In this document: piece by piece, positions 42,274 through 57,602 of the stretch
How positions within the stretch are numbered: the stretch's first letter is position 1
Layout of the letters: the number at the start of each line of letters is the position of its first letter
Translations under genes and position numbers: made by a program
Notes under the pieces: generated by a model
Database searches by the model: none
What the model saw: only the letters and a program-made list of their open reading frames with translations
Told to the model about the DNA's origin: nothing
Origin: Octopus vulgaris
Taxonomy: Eukaryota
NCBI GenBank assembly: GCA_951406725.2
Contig: OX597816.1
Location: forward strand, 33,294,001-33,358,000
Direction: 5' to 3'
DNA length: 64,000 nucleotides

Positions 42274-43549
42274 AATGAAACACTATGGAGATGTGTGGCT
42301 TAGTGGTTAGGGTGCTGGATTCATGATTGTAAGATTATAGTTTCAATTCCTTGAGTGGCGACTCATTATGTTCTTGAGCAAAACACATTTATCTTTTATT
42401 GGAATATAACATGTATGTATATGATACATATACAATACAAAGCCACATTAAATGCAAAATCAAAACTGAAGAAAATACAGAGATAAGCAAAGAACGATAG
42501 AGAAAAAGCATAAAAAATCAAGGAAAAGTAGGAAGAAAGAAAAACATAGAAAAAATGAAAAACATCAATTAAACAAGGTTCAACAGAACCTACTGAAGCA
42601 AGCCAACATGCGCACAGTATCACAACAGGTGATAGTGAGGCTAGTTTTTTTGAACAGCCAAGCACCCTCAAAGGCATTGTTTGACACCTCAGTAAGGCTA
42701 GTCCCCAATGATGACAAAAAATTCACTGTTAGCAGCCCCTCCAAACGTCTGAAACACCACAGGCTGGGAAGAATGGTTCACTGCACATTGCTGCAGTCCA
42801 CTCAGCTAACAAAAATGAGTAATTCTGTGATAGACCAGCATCTCATCTAAGGGGTTAATACATATGTCATTGAAACTGTAAGCCAGCCTTATGAGACTGT
42901 ATGACTTGGGAGGGCATCTCTGTCCTATTTTTAAAATCAAACACCGAGTTGATTATGACATTTCTCTTTCCTCCATGTTGACTTCAAACCATTTCACAAA
43001 TTCTTCTAGTGGCTACATCACCACAATTGGCATTGTAAAATATTCACCAGTTTTTCTTTCCATAGTCTTTGGCAATACTTCCACTGGAAATATATATCAG
43101 TACACTGGATATTATAAAAGACTTGTACTTGATTTTTATCTCCTTTTATCAAGCGTCAGCTTTTGTTGTAGACAACCTCCTTCCTGACTGAGAAATACCC
43201 GAACACAGGCAAAGATTATATAAATTTAAAGTGTTTGAAACAACAGGTTATATACTGCCAGTAGTCTCACAGAGCTTAGTGTTCACATGTATTGTGTGTG
43301 AAGGTGAAGCCCAAAGTAAACAAATATGTTATGACATAACATCCCAGAATTAATGAGAATTTGATAATCTTTACCCCAACTGCAAAATTGTTGGTTTTTG
43401 AAGAATGTTATTTTTATGGTCTGTTTGATCTATAAATTGTTTGAGTGTTTTCGTAAAATAAGGAAAGCTGTATTGTAGTAACACATTAGATTATTTTAAG
43501 AGAACATGATTAAATTTCGATTTAGCTGCGACAAAAAACATTTTTGTCC

Positions 43550-43755
43550 CCATGATAGATCGTTAGCCACTATACACATTTTTTTCTCTCCTTGTTTGTT
43601 TTGTGTCCTTTTCTGTAGAAGAGCGTAGGCTCGAAACGTAAAAGACTTTTTCTATTCCTGAGCGCTATACTAATACATCTGTTTGTTTTGTACACTATAT
43701 ATATATACATATGTATATATATATATATATATATATATGAAGAGAGAGAGAGAGC

Positions 43756-43788
<33 letters not shown>

Positions 43789-43971
43789 TTAATGAAAAAA
43801 TCAAAAGACAGGTGGTGTAAAAAAACAAACAGATGTATTAGTATAGCGCTGAGGAATAGAAAAATTATTTTGTGATTCGAGCCTACGCTCTTCTACAGAA
43901 AAGGACACAGAAAAAACAAGGAGAGAAACAAGGAGAGAAAAATGTGTATAGTGGCTAACGATCTATCATGG
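43550..43971. repeat. Inverted pair of a ~150-bp Penelope-like terminal repeat around (TA)n/(GA)n
   Basis: 43550-43695 (ccatgatagatcgttagccac...gaagagcgtaggctcgaaacg...ctaatacatctgtttg) is reverse-complementary to about 43815-43971. A third copy lies at about 30625-30823. Confidence 0.85.
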
Positions 43972-43974
43972 TGA

Positions 43975-44015
<41 letters not shown>

Positions 44016-45253
44016 TTTTCTAGCTACATACAGTTTTAAATATGTATTTCTACAAGGCACCTCACTCACATAGTACACTGGGTGATAAACAAAGATTTTG
44101 GCAAATCAACAGCAATAACACAAACGGAGATTTTTTTCAGCTTTTTTATGTTTTTGCCTGAGAAAGCCTCTCAAGTCTTGGTTCCATGATAAAATGATAA
44201 AGTTCCTTATATTATTATTTACAGACTATATTATCTGTGATACACTCTGTAAAGTAGATGGCATTAGGAGGGATATCCAGCCATGGAAAGACTGCTAAAA
44301 ATGATATGTTTGAGTAATACAAGTTCCCCGTGCGGTCTTGGCAGCTAGGACTCGATTCATGAAAATATATTTAACCCATGCCTACATGGGGAAGCAGATA
44401 TAAAAGGATGATGATAATGATACCATGTGTATATGTGTATGTATGAGTGTTTGTGCATATGTGTATTTGATAATGAAAACTTATAACTCCCACAAGATAA
44501 AATATATATCTTAAGAATTTAATTTCAGGAAATATTTCAGTTTTCCATTATGTATAATATTTTTCACAAATAATCAATAATATTCATTTGTAAAATATTT
44601 GTTTATTGTTATTTATTAGGAATTATTGCATTCTATTTAATTTCCTATTGTACTTAATTAAAGTAGGTGCAAAAACTATAGCTGATTTTGAAAATTTTAT
44701 ACCAAACTAATCATATAATAGTAGATAGAGGATTGTCAATAAAGTAGATGAATAACTGGTTCAATAGAGCGTTGTTTTATATTGTGATAGCATTATACAA
44801 TATATGGCCTTGGAAAGTTTCTGGTATACACCTGCATCACAAGTATTACCATTCTGTCAAACTGCATCATGCTACATACAAATTACAGAATAAACATAAA
44901 TGAATATAATGCAGTATATGTGTATAATTTCTCCTTCTCTCTTCCCTTTTCTTTTTCACCGTTACTCTCTCTAACTGCTTCGCTTTATTTCACTCTCTCA
45001 CACTGTCACAAACACACATCACATGTACCACATTCATAAACATCCATGTTTACATGTAACATATGTATCGTAAATAGGAAATGTAATATAATTGTGTGTG
45101 TGTAAAAATGTGTGTGTGAGTATATAAATATATATATGTATAAATAATTATATATACACAAACACACATGCACACAAACATGTAATAGATGAATATATAC
45201 ATCTATATATAAATATATATGTATATATATATATGTATACATGCATATATATA

Positions 45254-45287
<34 letters not shown>

Positions 45288-45605
45288 TACATGTATATAT
45301 ACATATATATATTTTATATATATATATGCACGTATATATGCTCATATATATATATGCTCATATATATAAATATATATATATATATAATCAAAATAAGCAA
45401 CAAGAATAACTTCGGTAATTTGGTACGATCGTTTCAAACTACATAATTCTATTAAATGTTGTAAGTATTACAACAGTTTTAAAATGCTGAGCACTCACTT
45501 ATTTTGATTATACTCACCCCATGGATTTATATATGAATAACACCACACAAAATTCTGGTGCATCTAACTTAAGTACCATATTCATTTGAATCTAAATTTT
45601 GCTGA

Positions 45606-45660
<55 letters not shown>

Positions 45661-46419
45661 TACAAATATATTTGGCTTTTCACTCCTGGACTCAGATCAA
45701 GTCTTTTATGAAACAAGTACAATCCTGAAGTACTACATAATTTTTTATGGAAACCTTCATTTGTTTGTAAAAGTAGTCAGAATAAAACGCTAAAAATCCT
45801 TTGGATAGAGATCTACATTACCTTGCATCAACGCCTCAGTGGCTGTTACTCTGATTGTTTTTGTATGATTACTAGGACATTCTCAAAACTGGAATGGAAT
45901 ATATCATTCTCATTTCCAAATGATATTCTGACAAGTGATGAGATTTTACTTAGGATGTTTTAATTTCTTTCATGCATTAGAGTTTTAAAACTTAATGGTT
46001 AAATTTGAAAACGAAAAAATTAAAAACATTACTGAATATATTTCCTTTCATTAAATACATAATATACTTATTTATCAAAATATATAGGAACACACCATCA
46101 AGAAAAGTATCTATGAGACTGAGCAAGAAACAGAAAAAACATTGCAGTATATATATATCAAAACAAAATACGTGGTTTGATACAAGTCATATTCTGTTTA
46201 TGGCACTTGAAGAAATGCAGCCCAAATCTTTATCAGTCATAAAGATAAATAAAAGAGAATTTGCATCTTCCAGATTAGGCATAGAGTCAGGCAAAAGAAA
46301 ATAGTTACATGGCATAAACACATGGAGAAAGTTTGTAAACTTGAAATTTCTCAAAACTATATCTTTTAGTGTATATGCAATGGAGTGGTACTTTTATCCA
46401 GGCAGGCCTCATTTAATAT

Positions 46420-46836
46420 GTTTATATATATATATATATATAGATTGATAGATACATATATACACATATATATATATACATACATATATAATACATATAT
46501 ATTTATGCATACATATGTACATATATATATACATATATGTATATAACATATATAAATACATATACACACATATATATAGATATATATATACATATATATA
46601 CATACATATATACATATATGTATACATAGATATAGATGCATGTATATCTATACATATAGATGCATGTATATCTATACATATATATATGTATAAATATATT
46701 TATATATATACATATATATATATTTATATATATAAATATATATTCGTCTATATATATGAATATATATATATGTATATATATGTATATGCATGTATATATA
46801 TGTATACAAGTATATATATGTGTGTATATATATATG

Positions 46837-46868
<32 letters not shown>

Positions 46869-46982
46869 TACATATACATAGACATGGATACATATATGCA
46901 AATACGTTTATCCAAATATATATATAATAATACATATATATATATATATACATCCACACACACACACGCACATACACATACA

Positions 46983-47035
<53 letters not shown>
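46420..47035. repeat. Degenerate (TA)n/(CA)n microsatellite tract
   Basis: Directly visible. Confidence 0.95.
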
Positions 47036-47353
47036 GTTCATGATCATGACCCTATTTTAGCGTTAAAAATGTAAAGCCTTGCTAGAGCACCATGAATTTT
47101 TTCTCTGTAAAACTTTGTGTATAAATGCAAATGTGTTTATTAGCCCACCATATGATAGAAAATAGACAATGATCGTTAATGTATTTTATATTGGAAAGAA
47201 ATATATATGTCAGCCTAGACAAGAAAAAATTGCAATTACTGGTGTTCTGTGTTCTGCACACCTATGTTAATAACATTCTTATATCAATATGCATTCCTCA
47301 AGAACTAACACTAATGTTTTTGATTGTATGTGTGCAAACACACTCATATTCGT

Positions 47354-47396
<43 letters not shown>

Positions 47397-47739
47397 TATA
47401 TTGATGTGCATGTGACATTGTTTCAGGATGTGTATCGATAAATAATAGGATGTAAGTATCAATTTACACTCCCTCTCCCTGGTACCACACACACACACAC
47501 ATATATATATATATACACACATACACATGTATGATTATATATATATATATAGATATATAGATATATAAAGATAGATAGATAGACAAATAATGGAGATGTG
47601 ATTAAGAATATATATTTATATATATATACTCATACATTTATATATATGTTTGTGTGTGTATGTGTATGCATAAATATTATACATATATACACGCGTATGT
47701 GTATGTGTGTGCATGCATGTAACTATCTTCATCATTATA

Positions 47740-47822
<83 letters not shown>

Positions 47823-48814
47823 CTGTAAGTATGATACGTAGCAATTATTCAGTAGCCATGATAAAACTCCGAGTTTCGAATGTCGAGGCAACCATCTTTT
47901 CAATTATCAGGCCATCCCCAAAAATTCAATGAAAATGACAGTTAAAACAAAAGGAAAATTCTCCCTTTGGTTTAACGGTAATTTTCTAAATATTTTTTTC
48001 GATGGCGCTATAAATGTTAAGATGCTCGCATGGGTTTCTGACCTGACATCTGAAAGTCAGAGTTTCATCATGCTACCACACATATTATACTTACAGATGA
48101 ATTCTTCTATCTACATAATATCGAGGTCTCTTTCATACTAATTCTGTGTTGCCATTTCTATCAATATATATATATATATATATATATGAATATATACATA
48201 CATATGCATATATATATATATACATATACATGTCTATATTTATATGCATATGTGTATATATATGTATATATATAATGTATGTATACACACATAATATATG
48301 CATATAGACATGTACTTCCATATATGTTTGCTATAATATCAATTTATAAGGAAAAGAATCTTGCATTAAACTGAAGCATTATTCAATACATTTTGTAAGA
48401 AGGTTATGGAGGTCAGAACTTCGAAATCCCTTTCAATACTTTTCTGAAAGAATAGTAAATGTAACCACATTATAGATTCTCCCATTCATGCCATTTACAA
48501 ACATGCAACACATTGTAAGATACAGCTCTGAATGCATAAGTATTTCAATAATGAAAACTATAGTTACCAAGTAAGGTTCATGCATACTTATCAAGACCAA
48601 GAGAACTGACATAAAAAAATCTTCAACAACAGAAGAAGAACGTTCTCATGATATTATGTGAGTTAGTGTTTTCGGAATTTTACCTTCATTTCTACATGTA
48701 ACTTTGCATGTGCATTGTATTTTAATTTATTTTTATGACATACAAAATCATCATTTGTATTCATTCTTACACAAACACTAACAACATTTACACCCATGAA
48801 TTTTTCCATACATA

Positions 48815-48817
48815 CAT

Positions 48818-48888
<71 letters not shown>

Positions 48889-48902
48889 TATATATATATG
48901 CG

Positions 48903-48934
<32 letters not shown>

Positions 48935-48992
48935 CATATATAATATATGTACATACAAATACATATATATATATATTCATATATATATAAAT

Positions 48993-49023
<31 letters not shown>

Positions 49024-49270
49024 GTATATAAATATATTTATATATATATATATATAAATATATTTATATATATATATATATATATATATTACACTTACAG
49101 AAATACGTTGTTTGTACATGTAACAATTACTATACATTTATCAACTACACACATGCATAGATTAAGCATGTAGAGTTGTCTCCATGTGTATAAGAATATA
49201 TAAATATATATACATATATATACATATATATATATATGTATATAAATATATATATGCGTATATATATATG
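48815..49270. repeat. Degenerate (TA)n microsatellite tract
   Basis: Directly visible. Confidence 0.95.
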
Positions 49271-50488
49271 CTTGTTTGTGTGTGTTTACTTGAATATGTA
49301 TGTAGGTGTACACACATACATACATGCACATGAGATATGTAGTACATAATGATAGAAGATGCAAAAACACAGAATATATTGTCTTATCATTCACCTATAA
49401 ATGTTACAAAGACAGCTCATGTGTGTGTGTATGTGTTTGAGTGTGCATGAATGTGTGTACATATATATTTATATATATATGTGTGTGTAATGAATGAATT
49501 TTAGTATATATTCCCATATGTATCTAAAACTTGGGCACATGTGTGGGTTTCACTTCTCGTACATATGAAGCAAATGTATATTCATGTATTGATAATAATA
49601 TAAGCAGAAGTTTTCCCATTAGTATATGTAAATATGTAGGAGGAATGTAAAAATACACTCTCACATATATATATGTGTATATATATATATATATGTGTGT
49701 GTGAATGTATGTGTATCTATGTGTTCAGTGTTATCTGTCAGGAAGTAGATTATTCAAAATCATAGTCAAGGTTATTAATATATTTTGAGCGAGTCACATT
49801 CTTGCTACTTTTAATTTTGCCTGTAGGTTCACAGGATCTTGAAACAAGTGATAAGTTATGATCCTGTAGAGCTGCAGCTGAAATTCAATGTAGCAGGATA
49901 CTAACTAAAAAAAATGATATATGTGTGTGTGTGTTTATATACAGAAATGTAGAATTGAACACTCATTTTCATCATTCGACATTTATATATATATATATGT
50001 GTAAAATACATTCTCCATGCATTAAATCCATGTGTATAGATGCTGAATAAATGAATACACAAACTCATATATGTGTGTATATGTTTCTGTGGATGCACAT
50101 GCTAAAATGTATTTTCAGCTTTATTTTAACATAATAAAGTTTATTTCAATTTATTAATGGATTCTTATGTATGCCTGCTATTAACATTATTAAAATAATA
50201 ATAACAATTTTCTTAATAACAATAATAGTCACTATATGTCTTGTATGTTTCTTGAAATCTACTGAGATATACGCTGTTTCTCACTCTCACATGCACATGC
50301 ATGCATACACCCGAGAACACACGAACACACATGTAATTTTATATATACCTATATATGCATAGATATTTTATGCATATATATATATATATATATATAACTA
50401 CACACATACATGCTTCCATATGCATTTGCATTTACATAGATATATATATACATGCAGTTCTATGTATATATGTATGTGTATATATGTG

Positions 50489-50522
<34 letters not shown>

Positions 50523-50544
50523 AATACGTATATACATACATATT

Positions 50545-50590
<46 letters not shown>

Positions 50591-51151
50591 TGTCAGCTAT
50601 ATCTGGAAACAAATATATATTTTTCATATTAAACTTGAATTCAACCAATAAAACAAAGATAAATGTTAATATTCAACACAGTATGTGAAGCAAGCATTTA
50701 CAAAAACAAAGAAAGAAAATAAATAATAAAAAAAATAAAATAAAGAGTTAAAACACAATTTATATAACATTTTCATGTTTTTGGTAGTTTTCAATTATAT
50801 TTTTTGTTTGTTTTTGAAAGATATCCTTGTATTGGGAAAAGGGTGGGAGTATCAGAATATATCTGGAGTATTTGTCTTCCAGCCTCATATGTTGTTTTTT
50901 GTTTCTTTATATATATTTATTTTGTATATATATTATATATATATATGTTTTCCATTTAAAAGATGGATTTTTTTAAAAATTTATATTATTTATATTTTTC
51001 GGTTTGTTGTTATTTTTTCTTCATTTTCAACTATTATTTTCTTTTCTTTTGTTTACGGTTATTTCTGTATGTTTTTATTTAATTATTCATTTAATTATAA
51101 CATTTAATGTTGATGACCTGTAACTGATTTAAGAAGAATTGGAGGGGTTGC

Positions 51152-51740
<589 letters not shown>

Positions 51741-52170
51741 AATTTTTTGCATTTTGGTGAAATATTATTCTTAATTTTTCACATTTGTTTTTTGGCTTCA
51801 TAACATCATGCTCTCTATGAGAGAGCATTTTCAGGCCTAAAATGTTTGTGTAATTTTTTCTTTTTTTCTTTTAATGTATCGTAAATTTTAATATTATAAT
51901 TATGATTTTATAATTAATAATATCATCTTCATCATCTTCATCATCATTATAATCACCATCACCACCACTAATATTGTTATCATTAATAATATTATCATTA
52001 GCATTATTATTATTATCTTTTTTGTTTTAAAAATTATTATAGTTATAATTTTTATTTAATATTAATAATAATTATATAGTATTATAATTATTATCATTAT
52101 CTTTGAAATATTTTTTTCTTTTGTTCGATTTTATTTTGTTGTTTAAGATGAAGTTATTTCTTCTGCAACA

Positions 52171-52449
52171 TCATTGCCTTAGAAAGAACACTATTGTAAA
52201 AAAAGTAGTTAGCAATAAAGAGATGTGACAATTTGTTCGGTATGCCTCATTCTGTGTAATTTGTAATTTCGTTTGTAAATTTTCATTTTCGTCCTGACTA
52301 CCTCTTGGGGGTTTCCGAGTCCGTGATGGATTTAGAATACTTGGATGAGCAGTGATGATTGAATGCACGTTGTGGTGCATTTGATTTTGTGTGTCGTCAT
52401 TGCATCCTAACCACCAAGTACTGACTTTACGTGGGTAGCCTTCATCAAC
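52171..52449 (-). CDS. Matrix metalloproteinase terminal coding exon: end of hemopexin domain, linker and hydrophobic GPI-signal-like tail
   Basis: tttcag|GTT GAT GAA (phase 0) to TGA at 52173-52171. Translation VDEGYPRKVSTWWLGC...QNEAYRTNCHISLLLTTFFTIVFFLRQ*. GYPR...WxGC is the conserved end of MMP hemopexin domains. Confidence 0.95.
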   Translation of the reverse strand, partial: VDEGYPRKVSTWWLGCNDDTQNQMHHNVHSIITAHPSILNPSRTRKPPRGSQDENENLQTKLQITQNEAYRTNCHISLLLTTFFTIVFFLRQ

Positions 52450-52540
52450 CTGAAATACCAAGAATAAAAAGGAGAAAATAATTTTTTTTTAGTTTATTTC
52501 AGATTGTATGTTATGTACTTCATAGAGTCATAGTTTGGCA

Positions 52541-52999
52541 CAGTGGTTCTCAACTATTTTTTGCTTATGGATCTCTTTGATTTATATTTTAATTTAGCCA
52601 TTCAGTGTACAGAAAGTATTAATGTATTTTTATAATTAAATGTTATTAGGAATTGTATAAAGAAATTAGAATATTTTGTATATTGTAGATGTATAAGCAG
52701 TTTATTGCACAAAGTTCAACAACATAACCTTATAATGACCCCCAAGGGCCGTATAAACTCCAGCCGTCCAAGAATTCGGACCTGGAGATCTCCATTTCCA
52801 GCGACATCGAGGGCCACCTCCCAGTGGTGTCGGGCGTCAACGAAGAGCCCTCGACTACAACAAGACGACCAAAGATATTTTTTCCAAGGTCTGGTGTCAT
52901 CTCCCCTAAACCATAGACCATCACCTAATCACCATTACCCGTCTTGTTGCTTAACAACAACAACAACAACAAAATATGAACCCCAGGTAAGAACCATTG
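52541..52999. mobile_element. hAT-like MITE in the last MMP intron, carrying a nested GC-rich insert with an (AAC)n tail
   Basis: TIRs CAGTGGTTCTCA / TAAGAACCATTG; a GC-rich segment at about 52735-52970 ends in aacaacaacaac. Confidence 0.55.
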
Positions 53000-54092
53000 A
53001 TTCAGCAGAATGGTTCTCAAACCCTCCCCACTTCAAGTAATGCTAACAAATTATTTTGATCTCCTCTTGGTTATTGTTATTAATTTAGGTTCAAAACAAT
53101 CAATGCATTTCTTTTTTTTTGTCTTTTGGTGTGGCAAGGTATTTGCTTAATTTAATTCAAGCCCTTGATTTGTTTTTTATTTAATCAACTCCAGAGTGAT
53201 GAGTAGCAATGTTCCCCTAGGTGAAAGTAAAAATCCCAGAAGAAATATTACATGAAATCTATTACAAGACATGCCATTCTCTTCCATTGTTTGTCAATTT
53301 ATCTTTTATCCTTTGCACTGTGGCTATGCTATGGCACTGCATTCAAATGTTTAGTAAAATATATCAACATTTAAGTGTTTAGTCAAACATATCAACCTCA
53401 GTAATTGTACTTTCAAGGATTTTCTTTGCCAAACTGCTAAGTTATGGGTACATAATCAAACTGACACTAGATGTCAAGTGATGGTGTGAGACAAACACAC
53501 ATATACAAATGAGATGAGCTTCTTTCAGTTTCTGTCAATCAAATCTCCTCACAAGGCTTTGGGTAGCCTAGGGTTATAGTAGAAGACACTTGTCGAAAGT
53601 GCCATGCAGTGAAACCGAACCCAAAACAATGGAATTGGAAAGGAAGCTTCTTTCAACACAGCCAAACTTGCACCTAATTATTATCATTTTAAGCACAAGG
53701 CCAGGAATTTGGAGGTTAGGGGCTAGTCAATGACATTGATTGTATTAATTGACTGGTTCAGTTTTTCTTGACTGCTGAGAGATTAAAACCAAAGTTGACC
53801 TCAGCTAGATTTAAACACTGAATATGAAATGTCCAAACAACTACAAGATATTTTGTCTGATGATCAAATGATTTTCCAATCAATTTCTTTTATCTCTTAT
53901 TCTCTTTCTTAACTGTGATATTAAATAAGTATTTCTAATGTACACACAAATCCTGGTAATTTTGAGGAGCTTGGGATGAGTTGATCATGTTATATATACA
54001 CAGAAAATGTGTCTATATGCTTATATACACGAATGTATGCCTCTATGCATATATATTTGTGTGCATATGCATACATATCTCATATGTGTGAG

Positions 54093-54131
<39 letters not shown>

Positions 54132-54731
54132 GGTTTGTCGTTGCCGGATGATTTTCTGGGGGAGGTAAAATTTGAAAGAATATCACCAGATAATTATCTT
54201 TATTATTCTTTAATAAATAAACCATTATTGTTCCAGAGGGTTAGAGTTTTGTCCCCACGATCGTGACATTATGGTTTCAATTCCCAGACTGAGTGGTATG
54301 TTGTGTTTTTGAGCAAAACACTTCATCGCCCGTTTCTCTGCACTCACTTTGAAACCTGATGCGTGGTACACTGTACACTTATTCAGGCAATGTCGATTTG
54401 ATGAAGAGAGTGAGTTAATGTACGGCATAAACATTTGATTAAGTTGTTCGGCGAAAAGATAAACATTCACACGTCATCTCTGCGAGGAGAGACCCTCACT
54501 ATTCTTCAGTGAATAAATATGAATGCCATCAAAACGTTTTTTACATATTCAACTGCATGTATATTTCATACCAACCAGTGACCATTAATTTTATTAATGA
54601 CATATAATAATTATTATAATACATTCTTAAAATAAGCATTACATCAAATCTACCAATTAGTTACAATTACAACATTATTCTTTTTATTATTTTTTATACA
54701 AATATCACAAATATAAGAAATCTATACTTAC

Positions 54732-54904
54732 TCTAAAGTTTTTGTCATTGAATCTATAGTAGTCGTCATCTTTGAAGAAGTAGGTTTTCCCATTTTGCCA
54801 TTTGAACACCGCGGTAACACGGGAGGGAAGGTTAACCCAGACGTTCAGCTGCTTTGGATAACCAAAATCTACTCCATATTTAGCCCATCTCCAATAAAGC
54901 TGAC
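54732..54904 (-). CDS. Matrix metalloproteinase exon, hemopexin domain
   Basis: aaacag|GT CAG CTT...TTT AGA|gtaagt; 173 nt (2+171). It completes the split Gly codon of the previous exon. Translation QLYWRWAKYGVDFGYPKQLNVWVNLPSRVTAVFKWQNGKTYFFKDDDYYRFNDKNFR. Confidence 0.97.
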
Positions 54905-55011
54905 CTGTTTATTTGACAAATAGAAACATAAATCAAATTTTAAAATATTGAGTTAAAATTTCTTTTATTAGCATTTATTTATTGATGGCAGAGTGATTTT
55001 TGTTTCTGTTC

Positions 55012-56378
55012 CTGTCACAGATTTTGAAATTTTTTAAATTAAGGGAAAAGTTTCAAAGTTGGTGTATAGTTGTACATTTTCATATTGAATCGGATCTTGT
55101 TATTCGCTTGTTCCAGAAAAAATGTAGAAAAGCGCTACAGAGGTTTAAAGTCTGATCATTTTTCCCCAATCAGAAAAATTATTTGGAAGCTGGCATTTTG
55201 TGCGTGATTGCTGTCTATGACAACATTACGACGACAAACTTGTGAGAAGTCTTGAAATATTAATAATTCTTAATGCATAAAGTCATGTAAAATGTTTGAA
55301 CAGACATGTAAACAATATAAAAGTGGAAAATCCTCAATGATTTCTTTTCTTTTTGGCGAAAAATTACAAAAATACAAACTCTACGTTAAATTACAAAAAT
55401 TAAAAAAGAAAAATACAAACTGTAGTTCAGTCCACGTAAATAATTTCTAGTGAAAATTCAAAGAGAAAATATGTCTGGTCCCACAATACACTCCTCCGAA
55501 AACACTGCTTAGGTAGTAAGCACACTTTCTTCGTCGTATTTACATAATTTACAATAATCTTACCATCTGAACTGCTTTTCACAGCACATGTTCAACGAGT
55601 AAAGCTGCTGTAATCAACAGCTGTACAGTAGCTCATCTCCAGTTCTTGAACACAAAACCGAACCCATGAATAAAGGAAAAACAGCAGTACAGTCTTAAGA
55701 GGAAGGGTGCCACCTTAAAACCATGTATCTTTTCTGACAGACACACACTCGCTGCATCCATTTCGGGAACACCACCAGTAGATTTTACCACAAAGCATCT
55801 TCTTTTTCATATAGTGTCTTTTTGTATATAATTTTCTTTCAGGTTTATATAACATCTTGCAGGTAAGAATTGCATCATCCTCCGCTTTCAATTTCTCCAA
55901 CATATTCCAAAGGTTAAACAAGTTGACTGCGGTTATACTATTATTTTGCGTGAAAAAGTCCGGGAAAACAGTTAAAAATTATGAAAATTAGATAGTGACA
56001 GGACAGCAACCTAAAATATCCAGTCGTTCTAAAAAAAACCCACATTGGTGACAATGACAAAAATATGGAAGTGCAAACGTTTAGAAAAAAGCTATTTGTC
56101 AAAGAAAATAGACAGGTAAGCACAATACAAACACGTCGTTGGAATTTTAGGCAGACTATTATTTGGCTTGTTACTATGGAAACAGGCACCAATATGTCTG
56201 TGTTTTTTTCAATTGGCTAAAATTACCCAAAATTCGGAAACTTTAAAATCTATTAACTCTTTAATCATTAATATATTGCAAAAACCAATTTCCTTTCCTT
56301 AATTAGCATACAAAACTACATCAGTACACCAACTTTGAAAACAATAGGAAGAAAATAAAGAGTTGAAAACTGTGACAG
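55012..56378 (-). mobile_element. Merlin (IS1595/ISXO2-like) DNA transposon remnant with transposase N-terminus
   Basis: Inverted termini CTGTCACAG..TTT...TTTCAAAGTTGGTGTA at both ends. Minus frame 55921 to about 55580 gives ...YWWCSRNGCSECVSVRKDTWF*GGTLPLKTVLLFFLYSW...FCVQELEMSYCTAVDYSSFTR*TCA, matching Merlin W.C....C...SIRK.TWFE...L....I..W....EL..S..T.VDW....RE.C. Confidence 0.8.
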
Positions 56379-56890
56379 TCTGTGCAAAAGATATCAGTTC
56401 AGTGTCTCTTCCAAAGAGATACTAATTCCAAAATAATGAAATATAAGGGAAAATGTAAACTGTCATTCTGTCTTTGCTTCTAATTTTACCATTTTATTGC
56501 AAATTTACTTTGAAAATATGCAATATTTAAAAGCACTTGTGGTCTCTAGCAATTTCAACTTGAAATACAAGCAAGTGTTTAAATAAGTATTAAGAGACAT
56601 CATAGTTTTACTTTGGATTATTAGTTGAATGTTAAAGGTTTATTGTATTACCCATGCTACTTTTAACTTTGCTAGATGTTATTTATTAATAAATCATGTT
56701 AGACTGAAACAAACAGAAGCATTTCAGAAACATCGTCATATCTTCATTAAATAGCCATCTTCTTGAACATGGACGTCTATCGCATACACACACACACGCG
56801 CAAAGATAGAAATAGATATGAGAGAGGGAGAGAAAGAGAAAGGGGGAAAGGGAGGGGAGAGAGATAAAGAAAAGCATAACAACAGTTTGG

Positions 56891-57602
56891 GGAACTTTTC
56901 TGTTTGGATACACCTGTGGAAATTTTAAGGTTTAAGTTAAAGTTTTTTTAGAATTTGAAGTAATGATATCATTTTCTACGCTGAATCCAGAAAAAGATTT
57001 TTTAGAAAGTTAGAGATAGATTTTACCCAGTTACAAAACAAGATTTGAAAGCTGTCATTTTGTGCGTGACGGCAGTATTGTCAACTGTAAGCAAATGAAA
57101 TATTGACGGAATTCAGCTTTTTGCACGCCACTTAATTCCTTAGAATTTTGGTATTTTTTGGAATTATCAGAAAATTTTCGCAAATTTGTATTCTACACAC
57201 GGGAATTCATACGATTATGCACCCACCCCACAAAATGGATGCGTGATCCAAGGCCTATTTAGTTATTAATTTCAGCAGATCGCACGAACACTTCATATCA
57301 GGTGTTTTAAGCATTTAATTAGCGAAAAAACCCCAAAAAAACACGTAGGTAAGCAGCTTGGTATCAGCTTGGTTTTTTACTATAAAAACAGATACATATA
57401 TGTTTGTGGCTTTTGATTGGCTAAAATTATCCTAAATTTGTAAACTTTAAACGATATTAACTCTATATTTATTGATTTATGGCAAGAATGAATTTTATGT
57501 CAATGATTACCATTCAACATGGTATTCCAATACACCAAATATGAAATAAATTAGAACAAATATCGAAGACACTGAAAAGTGGCAGCTAAACAGAAAAGAT
57601 CC
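56891..57602. mobile_element. Non-autonomous Merlin-like element with perfect 8-bp TSD
   Basis: TIRs GGAACTTTTCTGTTT / AAACAGAAAAGATCC and TSD CAGTTTGG at 56883-56890 and 57603-57610. It shares internal blocks (gctg.cattttgtgcgtga; attggctaaaatta.c.aaatt.g.aaactttaaa...tattaactct) with 55012-56378. Confidence 0.85.

Noticed and set aside
44660-44713. Short mariner-MITE-like inverted repeat (taaagtaggtgcaaaa...ttttataccaaacta)
   Set aside because: Too short and degenerate to call with confidence.
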